34,190 bases of DNA from Nitrososphaerota archaeon (GTDB taxonomy: Archaea; Thermoproteota; Nitrososphaeria; Nitrososphaerales; Nitrosopumilaceae): the NCBI GenBank assembly GCA_022564385.1, contig JADFLN010000002.1, positions 1 to 34,190 of the forward strand. The letters run 5' to 3'. The number at the start of each line of letters is the position of its first letter. Positions within the stretch are counted from its first letter, which is position 1. The position numbers were made by a program, and so were the translations under genes. Under the pieces are notes generated by a model. That model had not been told where the DNA came from and did no database searches. It saw nothing but the letters and a program-made list of their open reading frames with translations. Of the stretch, positions 26,006 through 34,190 are shown one piece after another.

Positions 26006-27592
26006 TTATTTTAACTGATTTTTACGAATAGTTCTATTAAACGCGACTCCAAATCTATGAGATTCATCTCGTATATGTTGCAAAATTTTCAATGATGATT
26101 TATTTTTGGGAATTAGAACAGGGTTTTTATTTTTTGGTACAAAAATTTCTTCATTTTCTTTAGCCAAAGAAATACACGAAAGTTTCAATCCAAGTGATTC
26201 TAAAGATTTCATAGCTGCATTTAGTTGTCCTTTACCGCCATCAATTACTATTAGATCTGGAAGTTCAGAATTTTCTTCTAGTAATCTATAGTATCTTCTT
26301 TTAATAATTTCACCTATCATTGCAAAATCATCTCTTCCAGATACTGTTTTGATTTTAAATTTTCTGTATCCTGATTTATTTGGTATTCCCCCTACAAATC
26401 TTGACATTGAACCTACAGCAAAATCAGTACCGTGATTTGAGATATCAAAACATTCAATGATATTTGGGATTACAGGTAGATTCAGAATGTCTTTCAATTC
26501 AACCAATCCAGGTTCACCACCTTTAGAATGAATTAATTCAATATTTTTTAAGATTAATTTTATGATATCTCTTTTCGTTCCTTTGTTGGGAGCTAAGATT
26601 TTTACAGTAAATTCAGCTTGTTTTGAAAGTAATGATTCTAGTAATTTGTAATTATCTGGAATTTGACTAACTAAAATAAATTTTGGAATTTTATGTGTAG
26701 AATAATACTGATAAAGAAAATTTGAAAAGGAATTATCTCCAACAAGATCAAAAAAGAATTTATCACTATCTCTAATCACGCCATTAATCATTCTAAAATT
26801 CATTACGGTGGCAGTTTGTTCTTGAATACCTATCCCAAAATACTCCTCATCAGAATTTTTAACGTATTCCATTTTTTGTTTAGTTTGAAGACTTCCAAGT
26901 CTGAATAAAGTGTCACGTATGTCTTTTGCACGCTCAAATTGTTGGAGTTTAGCTGCTTGCTGCATTTCTTCTTTTAATTTTTTTGTAAAAATTTTAGACT
27001 GATTTTTACCCTTAAGGACTTCTTCTAATGCAGTAACATATTTTGGATATTTCTCTTGTGCGTCTTTAAATTCACATGGTCCTTCACAATTTCCCAAATG
27101 ATATTCTAGACATATTTTTTTTGGAAGAGTTGTACAAATTCTAATTTGAAACGCTTTTCTTAATGTACCAATTGTAAGTAGTTTTGAACTACCCTGAGTA
27201 AATGGTCCAAAAGTTTTTCCTTTGCCTAAAAATTTTCCATCCCTAGTTCTTCTGGACACTAATAATCTCGGATATTTTTCATCAGAAATTCTAAGATAGG
27301 TATATCTTTGTTGATCTTTTAATTCGATATTAAATTTTGGTCGATATTTTTTTATCATATTTGATTCTAAAAGAAAAGCTTCACTTTCATTATCAGTTAA
27401 AATAAATTCGATATCTGAAATGGTTTCCACTAGTTTTTGGGTCTTGTAATTTTGATTTTTCAAAAAGTATGACTTTACTCGATTTTTTAGATTCTTTGCT
27501 TTTCCAATATAGATAATTTTTCCTGCAGAATCTTTCATCAAATAGATTCCAGGATTAGGAGGAATTGTGATTTTAGAAATAACAAAAGTCAT
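26006..27592 (-). CDS. uvrC: excinuclease ABC subunit C (no C-terminal HhH domain)
   Basis: GIY-YIG (PGIYLM..YIGKAKNL), Cys cluster, FERAKDIRD, ECFDISN, IDGGKGQ, RDESHRF. Confidence 0.96.
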   Translation of the reverse strand: MTFVISKITIPPNPGIYLMKDSAGKIIYIGKAKNLKNRVKSYFLKNQNYKTQKLVETISDIEFILTDNESEAFLLESNMIKKYRPKFNIELKDQQRYTYLRISDEKYPRLLVSRRTRDGKFLGKGKTFGPFTQGSSKLLTIGTLRKAFQIRICTTLPKKICLEYHLGNCEGPCEFKDAQEKYPKYVTALEEVLKGKNQSKIFTKKLKEEMQQAAKLQQFERAKDIRDTLFRLGSLQTKQKMEYVKNSDEEYFGIGIQEQTATVMNFRMINGVIRDSDKFFFDLVGDNSFSNFLYQYYSTHKIPKFILVSQIPDNYKLLESLLSKQAEFTVKILAPNKGTKRDIIKLILKNIELIHSKGGEPGLVELKDILNLPVIPNIIECFDISNHGTDFAVGSMSRFVGGIPNKSGYRKFKIKTVSGRDDFAMIGEIIKRRYYRLLEENSELPDLIVIDGGKGQLNAAMKSLESLGLKLSCISLAKENEEIFVPKNKNPVLIPKNKSSLKILQHIRDESHRFGVAFNRTIRKNQLK

Positions 27593-30408
27593 TTTTTAAA
27601 TAATTTTTTCAAATATTTACCAGTGTAACTTCCAGGGGTATTTGCAACATCTTGTGGTGTTCCAGTTGCTACAATTCTACCACCTTCATCACCACCTTCA
27701 GGTCCAAGATCAATTAACCAATCAGAATTCTTGATTACATCCATGTTATGCTCAATTACCACCACAGTATTTCCCAAGTTTACTAATCTGTTAAGCACAT
27801 CTAGTAATTTTTGAACATCTGCAAAATGTAAACCAGTGGTAGGCTCATCTAAAATATAGAGAGTCTTTCCAGTATCACGTTTTGATAGCTCTGAGGATAG
27901 CTTTACTCTTTGAGCTTCACCGCCAGATAAAGTGGTAGAAGATTGTCCCAATTTGATATAACCTAACCCAACATCAAAAACTGTTTGTAATTTCCGTTTT
28001 ATGACAGGAATGTTCTCAAAGAAATGTAATGCCTCATAGACGGTCATGTCTAAAATATCTGAAATATTTTTACCCTTAAACAATACAGATAATGTTTCAG
28101 AGTTGTATCTTTTTCCTTTACATTCATCACATTTTACATAAACATCAGATAGAAATTGCATTTCAATTTGTTTGACACCATTTCCATCACATGCAAAACA
28201 TCTACCATTAGCTACATTAAATGAGAATTGACCCGGAGTATATCCACGTTCTTTTGATAATTCAGTATTTGCATAAAGTTCTCTAATAGGAGTAAAGGCA
28301 CCAATATACGTTGCAGGATTTGAACGGGGGGTCCTACCAATTGGAGATTGATCAATTGCAATTACTTTATCAATATTTTCCATACCAATAATTTCTTGAT
28401 GATTTCCTAGTCTAACATTTGATTTGTAAAAATGATTTTCTAATGTTTGTAGTAAAATATTATTTATAAGAGTAGATTTTCCAGAACCAGAAACTCCAGT
28501 AATTGCAACAAAAAGACCTAATGGGATTTCAACATCAATATCTTTTAGATTATTTTCTGACGCCTTTTTGATAATTAAGGAACCAGAACGATTACGAATT
28601 TTATTTTCTAGTTTTATCAAGGATTTGTTCTTAAGATAATTACCAGTGATTGATTTATGTCCATTAAGAATTTGGTCTATTGTTCCCTCAAAAACCACAT
28701 TTCCACCATGTATACCTGCACCAGGACCTAAATCCACTATCCAATCTGAATTTCGTATAATTTCTTCGTCATGCTCCACAATAATTACGGTATTTCCAAG
28801 ATCTCGTAATTTTGTTAGCGTTTTAATGAGTCTTTCATTATCACGTTGGTGTAAGCCAATTGTTGGTTCATCTAGAACATACAAAACACCAGTTAGATTA
28901 GAACCAATTTGTGTAGCCAATCGTATTCGTTGAGATTCACCACCAGATAAGGTGGAACTTGACCTGTTTAATGTAAGATAATTTAGCCCAACATTCATTA
29001 AAAATTCTAGACGTTCTTTGATCTCTTTGAGAATATCTCTTGCAATGTATTGTTCAGTTTCAGTTAATTTAAGAGTGGAAAAAAAGTCATAGCAGTGATC
29101 AATTGATAAATCACAAACATCTATGATTCCTTTGTTGTTAATTTTAACTGCAAGAGATTCTGGTTTTAGTTTTTTGCCATTACAGGTATTACAAGGTGTA
29201 TCTCGCATGAATTGTTTCAACCATTCACGTTTTGATTCAGAATCAGTCTCCATAAAGACACGTTGTAGATTTCCAAGTACTCCTTCAAATGCATTAGTAT
29301 ATTGCCAAGATGAATCTCCGGATTTTGAACGATATTTAAAATCAATCAAATCATCCGTTCCATGTAATATAATCTTCAGATGTTTTGATTTTATTTTTTC
29401 AATTGGAGTCATTAAATCAAAACCAAATTTCTTTCCAACAGATCTTAATGCTTGTCTTCTAAACGATGAAAACCGTCCACTCCATGGAACAATAGCGCCA
29501 TCTAAAATTGATTTACTTTTATCAGGAATTACTAAATCAGGATCAAATTCCATCTTTATACCCAATCCATTACATGTTTTACACATACCAAATGGAGAAT
29601 TAAAAGAAAAAGTTCGTGGCTCTAACTCACCTATAGTTAATCCACAATAAGGACATGCATTGTTTTGTGAGAAGATTTTTTCGGTTTTTTCAAATGCAAT
29701 CATCACATCACCTTTTGATGCTTTAATTGCAGTCTGGATTGCCTCAAAAAGTCTAGATCTTTCAGATTTTGCAGTTGTTATTCTATCAACAACAATCTCA
29801 ATATTATGCCATTTTTGTCTGTCTAATGGTGGAATTTCTTCATCTAGGCTCAAAATTTCTCCATTTAGGCGTATTCTAGAATAGCCATCTTTTTTGATTT
29901 GCCCAAATAGTTTCTCATATGTTCCCTTTTTTCTTCGAATTAGAGGAGATAAAATCAGTATTTTTTTTCCGTTAAAATCTTTGAGGACAGAATCACATAT
30001 TGTTTCAATGGATTGAGTAGAAATTTTTCTTTTACAGTTTATACAATATGGAATTCCAATTCTTGCAAAAAGTAGTCTCATGTAATCATAAATTTCAGTA
30101 GTGGTACCTACAGTTGAACGGGGATTTTTGTTAGTAGTTTTTTGTTGAATAGAGATTGCAGGAGACAAACCTTCAATAGAATCAACATCAGGCTTGTCCA
30201 TCATTTCTAAAAATTGACGTGCATACGCAGAAAGGGATTCCACATACCTTCTCTGACCTTCAGCATAAATTGTATCAAAAGCCAATGTAGATTTTCCAGA
30301 ACCGGACAAACCACTAATAACAACTAGTTTATTTTTTGGAATATCAATATCCAAATTTTTTAGATTATGTTGTCGTGCTCCACGAATCTTTAGTTTATTT
30401 TCTAGCAT
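27589..30408 (-). CDS. uvrA: excinuclease ABC subunit A
   Basis: GARQHNLKN, two GSGKS Walker A motifs, two LSGGE signatures, Zn fingers. Confidence 0.98.
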   Translation of the reverse strand: MLENKLKIRGARQHNLKNLDIDIPKNKLVVISGLSGSGKSTLAFDTIYAEGQRRYVESLSAYARQFLEMMDKPDVDSIEGLSPAISIQQKTTNKNPRSTVGTTTEIYDYMRLLFARIGIPYCINCKRKISTQSIETICDSVLKDFNGKKILILSPLIRRKKGTYEKLFGQIKKDGYSRIRLNGEILSLDEEIPPLDRQKWHNIEIVVDRITTAKSERSRLFEAIQTAIKASKGDVMIAFEKTEKIFSQNNACPYCGLTIGELEPRTFSFNSPFGMCKTCNGLGIKMEFDPDLVIPDKSKSILDGAIVPWSGRFSSFRRQALRSVGKKFGFDLMTPIEKIKSKHLKIILHGTDDLIDFKYRSKSGDSSWQYTNAFEGVLGNLQRVFMETDSESKREWLKQFMRDTPCNTCNGKKLKPESLAVKINNKGIIDVCDLSIDHCYDFFSTLKLTETEQYIARDILKEIKERLEFLMNVGLNYLTLNRSSSTLSGGESQRIRLATQIGSNLTGVLYVLDEPTIGLHQRDNERLIKTLTKLRDLGNTVIIVEHDEEIIRNSDWIVDLGPGAGIHGGNVVFEGTIDQILNGHKSITGNYLKNKSLIKLENKIRNRSGSLIIKKASENNLKDIDVEIPLGLFVAITGVSGSGKSTLINNILLQTLENHFYKSNVRLGNHQEIIGMENIDKVIAIDQSPIGRTPRSNPATYIGAFTPIRELYANTELSKERGYTPGQFSFNVANGRCFACDGNGVKQIEMQFLSDVYVKCDECKGKRYNSETLSVLFKGKNISDILDMTVYEALHFFENIPVIKRKLQTVFDVGLGYIKLGQSSTTLSGGEAQRVKLSSELSKRDTGKTLYILDEPTTGLHFADVQKLLDVLNRLVNLGNTVVVIEHNMDVIKNSDWLIDLGPEGGDEGGRIVATGTPQDVANTPGSYTGKYLKKLFKK

Positions 30409-32347
30409 TTTTTAGTTGAATCTCCTTTTCTAGTCTTTTTATTCTATCTCTACATTCTATTGCTCGCTCAAAGTCTAAATCCTCAGAATATTTTTTCATT
30501 TGTGCATCAAGATCAATCATATCAGTGGTGAGATCATGAATAGACTTTAGTTTTGCTTCATCTAATGCTGTTTCTTGTTCTGGAACTGATTTTATAATTG
30601 TTTTAGGAATAATATGATGTTCCAGATTATATTGCATTTGTTTTTCTATACGACGTTTAGTTTCATCCACAGCATTTTTCATTGATTGTGTAATGGTATC
30701 AGCATACATTATCACAGTTCCATTTACATTTCTTGAAGCACGACCAAATGTTTGAATCAAGCTAGTAAAGTTTCTCAAAAATCCTTCCTTATCTGCATCT
30801 AAAATTGCTACCAATGAGACTTCAGGAATATCCAATCCCTCTCTTAAAAGATTAATTCCAACAAGAACGTCAAATTCTCCTAAACGCAATTGCCTGATTA
30901 TCTCAGTTCTTTGTAATCCTTCAATTTCTGAATGCATATAGCGTACTCTAACTTGTTTTTTTGAGAGATATTCAGCCAAATCTTCTGCCATTCTTTTGGT
31001 TAACGTCGTAACTAAAACACGCTCAGAATTTTCTGCTCTTTTGTTGATTTCTTTGATTAAATCATCAAGTTGGTTTTTAGTTGGTCTAATCTCAACTGCA
31101 GGATCAAGTAACCCAGTTGGTCGTACTAACTGTTCAGCAATTGTTGAGGAAATTTTTTTTTCATATTCAGAAGGAGTAGCAGATACAAATATTGTATTTT
31201 TGATATACTCTTCAAACTCTTCAAATTTTAATGGGCGATTATCATATGCACTTGGAAGTCTAAATCCATAAGTTATTAGTTCTTTTTTTCTTGAATGATC
31301 ACCTTTGTACATTCCATGAAGCTGTGGTAAAGATACATGAGATTCATCAATTATCAAAAGATAATCATCTCCAAAAAAATCCATCAAGCAAAATGCTTTT
31401 TCTCCAACCTTTCTTCCATCAAAATGCCTAGAATAATTTTCAATTCCAGAACAATAACCTAATTCCTCAATCATTTCTAAATCATAGTTTGTTCGCATCT
31501 CTAATCGTTGTCTTTCTAATTCATTTAATTCAGGTAAACGTTTTTCTAATTCTTTTTTGATAGATTTAATTGCTTTTTTTCTAACATCTTTTGTAATAAG
31601 ATAGTGTTTAGCGGGATAAATTTTAATTTGTGAAATTTTTTGTTTCTCCTTTAAAGATACATGATCAAGTAAAGTAATTTTTTCTATTTCATCGCCAAAC
31701 AGAGATATTCTAACTAGGTCTTCAGAATATGCAGGAGTGACATCAATTGTATCTCCTTTGACTCGAAAATTTCCGGGTGCAACAGTAGTATCATTCCGTT
31801 CATATCTAGCATCAACAAACTTTCGAATAATCTCGGTTCGTTTAATTTCATCACCAATCTTAATTTTTATTGCCAAGTCTTCCCAATCTCGAGGATTTCC
31901 GAGAGAATAGATACAAGAAACTGTAGATACAATTATTGTAGGCTCACCTGAAAGCAACATTGCAGTTGCCTCTAGTCTTAATTTTTCAATTTTTTCATTG
32001 ATTTGAGTATCTTTTTCAATGTAGGTATCAGTTTGTGGAAGATAGCATTCAGGTTGATAATAATCATAATATGATACAAAATATCCAACATTATTTTTTG
32101 GGAAAAATTGTTTTAATTCTGAATAAAGCTGTGCTGCAAGAGTTTTGTTATGAGAAATTACTAGAGTGTTTTTGCCAGTTCTAGCTATTACATTTGCAAC
32201 TGAAAAGGTTTTGCCACTTCCCGTGACTCCTAGTAAGGTTTGAACTGATCCTTTGTTAACACCTTCAACTAGTGTATCAATTGCTTGAGGCTGATCCCCA
32301 GTAGGAACAAAATCAGATTCTAATTGAAATTTGGATATTTGTTGCAA
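30395..32347 (-). CDS. uvrB: excinuclease ABC subunit B
   Basis: [43 protein letters not shown]. Confidence 0.98.
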   Translation of the reverse strand: MQQISKFQLESDFVPTGDQPQAIDTLVEGVNKGSVQTLLGVTGSGKTFSVANVIARTGKNTLVISHNKTLAAQLYSELKQFFPKNNVGYFVSYYDYYQPECYLPQTDTYIEKDTQINEKIEKLRLEATAMLLSGEPTIIVSTVSCIYSLGNPRDWEDLAIKIKIGDEIKRTEIIRKFVDARYERNDTTVAPGNFRVKGDTIDVTPAYSEDLVRISLFGDEIEKITLLDHVSLKEKQKISQIKIYPAKHYLITKDVRKKAIKSIKKELEKRLPELNELERQRLEMRTNYDLEMIEELGYCSGIENYSRHFDGRKVGEKAFCLMDFFGDDYLLIIDESHVSLPQLHGMYKGDHSRKKELITYGFRLPSAYDNRPLKFEEFEEYIKNTIFVSATPSEYEKKISSTIAEQLVRPTGLLDPAVEIRPTKNQLDDLIKEINKRAENSERVLVTTLTKRMAEDLAEYLSKKQVRVRYMHSEIEGLQRTEIIRQLRLGEFDVLVGINLLREGLDIPEVSLVAILDADKEGFLRNFTSLIQTFGRASRNVNGTVIMYADTITQSMKNAVDETKRRIEKQMQYNLEHHIIPKTIIKSVPEQETALDEAKLKSIHDLTTDMIDLDAQMKKYSEDLDFERAIECRDRIKRLEKEIQLKNARK

Positions 32348-32400
32348 CAGATTAGATCCTCAAAAACTAAATTTAAAGCAATGGTGATATCAAACTAAGA

Positions 32401-33033
32401 CTACCAAACAGGTTCATCAATCATTCTTAATCCGTCATCAGTTTCTTCAAAACCCATAATTTTTAGTGTTTGTTTAGCAGATGAAGAATTTCTTTTCAAA
32501 ATCTTTTGCGCTAAATCCAGTCTATCGGCAGAGTTCATGTTTTGACCAATTTTGTATTTTCCATGTATTGATTGTGGAGTTATTTTGAGTACAGTAACAA
32601 TGTCCAAAACTTGCATATCAGATTTTATTGGATCATACTGTCCTTCAGGTTGATATTTTTCCATTAATCCATTGAGTGCCAACGTCTTTTCTTTTCTATC
32701 AATGACAAAAGATCCAATTCCTTTGATTACAACGCTGATGTACAAAGTATCTGCAAGAGATGCATCATATGGATCCTCAAAATAAGAAGGTAAAAATTCT
32801 AGTTCTCGATCTGCCTCAAAACCTACTTTATTATTTCGAGAAATATTATCTAATTTCTCACCCTTAACATGAGAGTGTAAGTAGATAACATCATTTAGAA
32901 AAACAAAATTCATTGGAATTATTTGAGGAAACCCATTTTTATCAATGCTAGAAATTCTGCCAACATGTTCTTCGTTAAGAAATTCTTTAATTTTTTCAAA
33001 TGAACGAATTTGTAATTTTCCAACTAGTTGCAA
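32401..33033 (-). CDS. pyridoxamine 5'-phosphate oxidase-like flavin-binding protein
   Basis: GRI...GFP.IIPMNF...IYLHS...GEKL.NI..N.KV.FE, YISVVI.G. Confidence 0.85.
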   Translation of the reverse strand: MQLVGKLQIRSFEKIKEFLNEEHVGRISSIDKNGFPQIIPMNFVFLNDVIYLHSHVKGEKLDNISRNNKVGFEADRELEFLPSYFEDPYDASLADTLYISVVIKGIGSFVIDRKEKTLALNGLMEKYQPEGQYDPIKSDMQVLDIVTVLKITPQSIHGKYKIGQNMNSADRLDLAQKILKRNSSSAKQTLKIMGFEETDDGLRMIDEPVW

Positions 33034-33148
33034 TAGATAGATTATAAAAAATCATTTTATAAATCCAGAGTATAAATACTCAAAATATTCTAGTAGTGAA
33101 ATTGAGAGACATACTCAAACTAAAAAGCAGACTGACCAAAAAATAATT

Positions 33149-33241
33149 CTAAGTTTGTTCATCTAATTCTTTTGCCAATGCTTGGATATCTAAAATTCTG
33201 CATGCCAATTTGTCACATTCATTTTTTAATTCACTACTCAT
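33149..33241 (-). CDS. putative 30-aa helical peptide MSSELKNECDKLACRILDIQALAKELDEQT
   Basis: Read directly, ATG 33241 to TAG 33149; heptad-like hydrophobic spacing; may be a gene fragment. Confidence 0.4.
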   Translation of the reverse strand: MSSELKNECDKLACRILDIQALAKELDEQT

Positions 33242-33354
33242 AGTAAATCATTACAAAAATAATCAAAAATGAAGAACGTTCTAAAATTTGACTTTCCCCA
33301 TCCAAACTTTTCATTAATGGTAATTGATAAAACACAGGAATAATTCAAGAGTCT

Positions 33355-33774
33355 ATGTATGAAATAGATAAAGAGAAAGAAGAAATCACACAACAGGTTT
33401 TAGATATTCTAGAAAAATGGGGTGCCGAATCAAAATTCATTTGGTTTAGAGAGTTACACAGAATTACAGGAATTGACAAAGGAATACTTCGAAATATTAT
33501 CAATGAACTAAAAAAATCAAAAGAAGTCAAAGATATGCATGGGACAAATAATAGAATATTTTTTTGTCTCAAAAAATATTACATCAAATGCAGAGATATA
33601 GAATTTAGATTTAAAGGAAAAGAAATCATGTTAAGAGATGGGAGTAAAACAAAAATCATTCAAGGTGCAACAAAATCTACAGAGCGCACAAGAAAAAGAT
33701 TAGAAAAACAGCGGAACAAACGCAGAGCAAGATCATTTACAAAAGCAAAAAACAAAAGACCACACAAGTCATAA
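33355..33774 (+). CDS. putative winged-helix DNA-binding protein with a very basic C-terminus
   Basis: IWFRELHRITGIDKGILRNIINEL HTH-like segment plus wing-like strands; Lys/Arg-rich tail. Confidence 0.6.
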   Translation: MYEIDKEKEEITQQVLDILEKWGAESKFIWFRELHRITGIDKGILRNIINELKKSKEVKDMHGTNNRIFFCLKKYYIKCRDIEFRFKGKEIMLRDGSKTKIIQGATKSTERTRKRLEKQRNKRRARSFTKAKNKRPHKS

Positions 33775-33775
33775 A

Positions 33776-34009
33776 TTATAAAGAATATTCTGCTTGTCTT
33801 CTTAAAAAATTAGATTCAGCACGTTTGAGTTTTGTATATTCAAAAACGTCTTCAGTCATATCATATAGTTGATGAAGTTCCATATTTGGGGTCAATTCAT
33901 CTTCGTTCTCAGATTCTAAGTCAAATTCTAGATTTGCCAAAATTTCAATATTCTCATCTAAAATATCAAGACACTCTTTTACTGTCTCAAGAAGTTCTTC
34001 ATCCATCAT
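33776..34009 (-). CDS. small acidic hypothetical protein
   Basis: 77-aa Asp/Glu-rich helical ORF, stop 1 nt from the convergent gene. Confidence 0.65.
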   Translation of the reverse strand: MMDEELLETVKECLDILDENIEILANLEFDLESENEDELTPNMELHQLYDMTEDVFEYTKLKRAESNFLRRQAEYSL

Positions 34010-34063
34010 ATTTTCTAAGAACTAGTAAGTAAATAATTTTCTTTGTGTTATTGAATATAGCGC

Positions 34064-34190
34064 CTATTGTTTTGCCTTTTCTCTAAGTACTGGCATTACA
34101 CTACTTGCAAATTTGTCAATAGAGCCAAAGTAATTCTTTCCCCAGAATCGAATTACAAAGTGATTAACACCTGCTTTCATAAATTCCTCA
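34064..34190 (-). CDS. 3' end of a probable LLM-class flavin/F420-dependent oxidoreductase (partial, enters from the window edge)
   Basis: Open frame EEFMKAGVNHFVIRFWGKNYFGSIDKFASSVMPVLREKAKQ*, resembling the AGV.HF...F...V.P.L C-terminus of luciferase-like proteins. Confidence 0.65.
   Translation of the reverse strand, partial: EEFMKAGVNHFVIRFWGKNYFGSIDKFASSVMPVLREKAKQ

Noticed and set aside
117-31271. Many short antisense or alternate-frame ORFs in the track (e.g. 117-350, 3052-3354, 24706-25041, 29123-29650)
   Set aside because: They overlap well-conserved genes and read as shadow frames with no motifs.
33355-34009. Basic/acidic pair as a type II toxin-antitoxin operon
   Set aside because: Genes are convergent rather than co-transcribed, and no toxin motif is recognisable.
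34130-34150. Suspected frameshift in the LLM-type gene end
   Set aside because: Recount gives four Cs (TGG GGA on the minus strand); the frame is intact.

Overview
AT-rich archaeal DNA whose gene content points to an ammonia-oxidising thaumarchaeon of the Nitrosopumilus type (inference from the cdvC/ESCRT-III genes, stand-alone ATPase subunit F, F420-type enzymes, a blue-copper protein and uvrBAC). Most of the window is core genome: an ilvB-ilvH-leuA-leuB operon, an LsrF-like aldolase with a Zn-dehydrogenase, carAB, a divergent ESCRT-III/unknown/cdvC operon opposite a TrmB regulator, RidA, a PPOX protein, a DUF3179 module, a DHH phosphoesterase, citrate synthase, a cupredoxin fusion and uvrBAC, with orphan ORFs at the right end. 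I found no tRNA, rRNA, CRISPR array or transposase. The two best unexplained signals are these. (1) A 19-codon upstream ORF (MSIKVTGPISKNLQVVVLL) lies between a TATA box and ilvB, with leader-spanning base pairing and a U-tract; it is a candidate branched-chain-amino-acid leader-peptide attenuator in an archaeon. (2) A small wHTH regulator gene is flanked by two copies of an ~80-bp promoter-like sequence, and the second copy points at a gene-free 49-nt hairpin (candidate co-regulated sRNA). Also seen: carA and ridA apparently need non-canonical starts (ATA, CTG), two genes are frameshifted, one ORF is probably decayed, and UvrC lacks its HhH domain. All calls are from reading the sequence; no searches were run.
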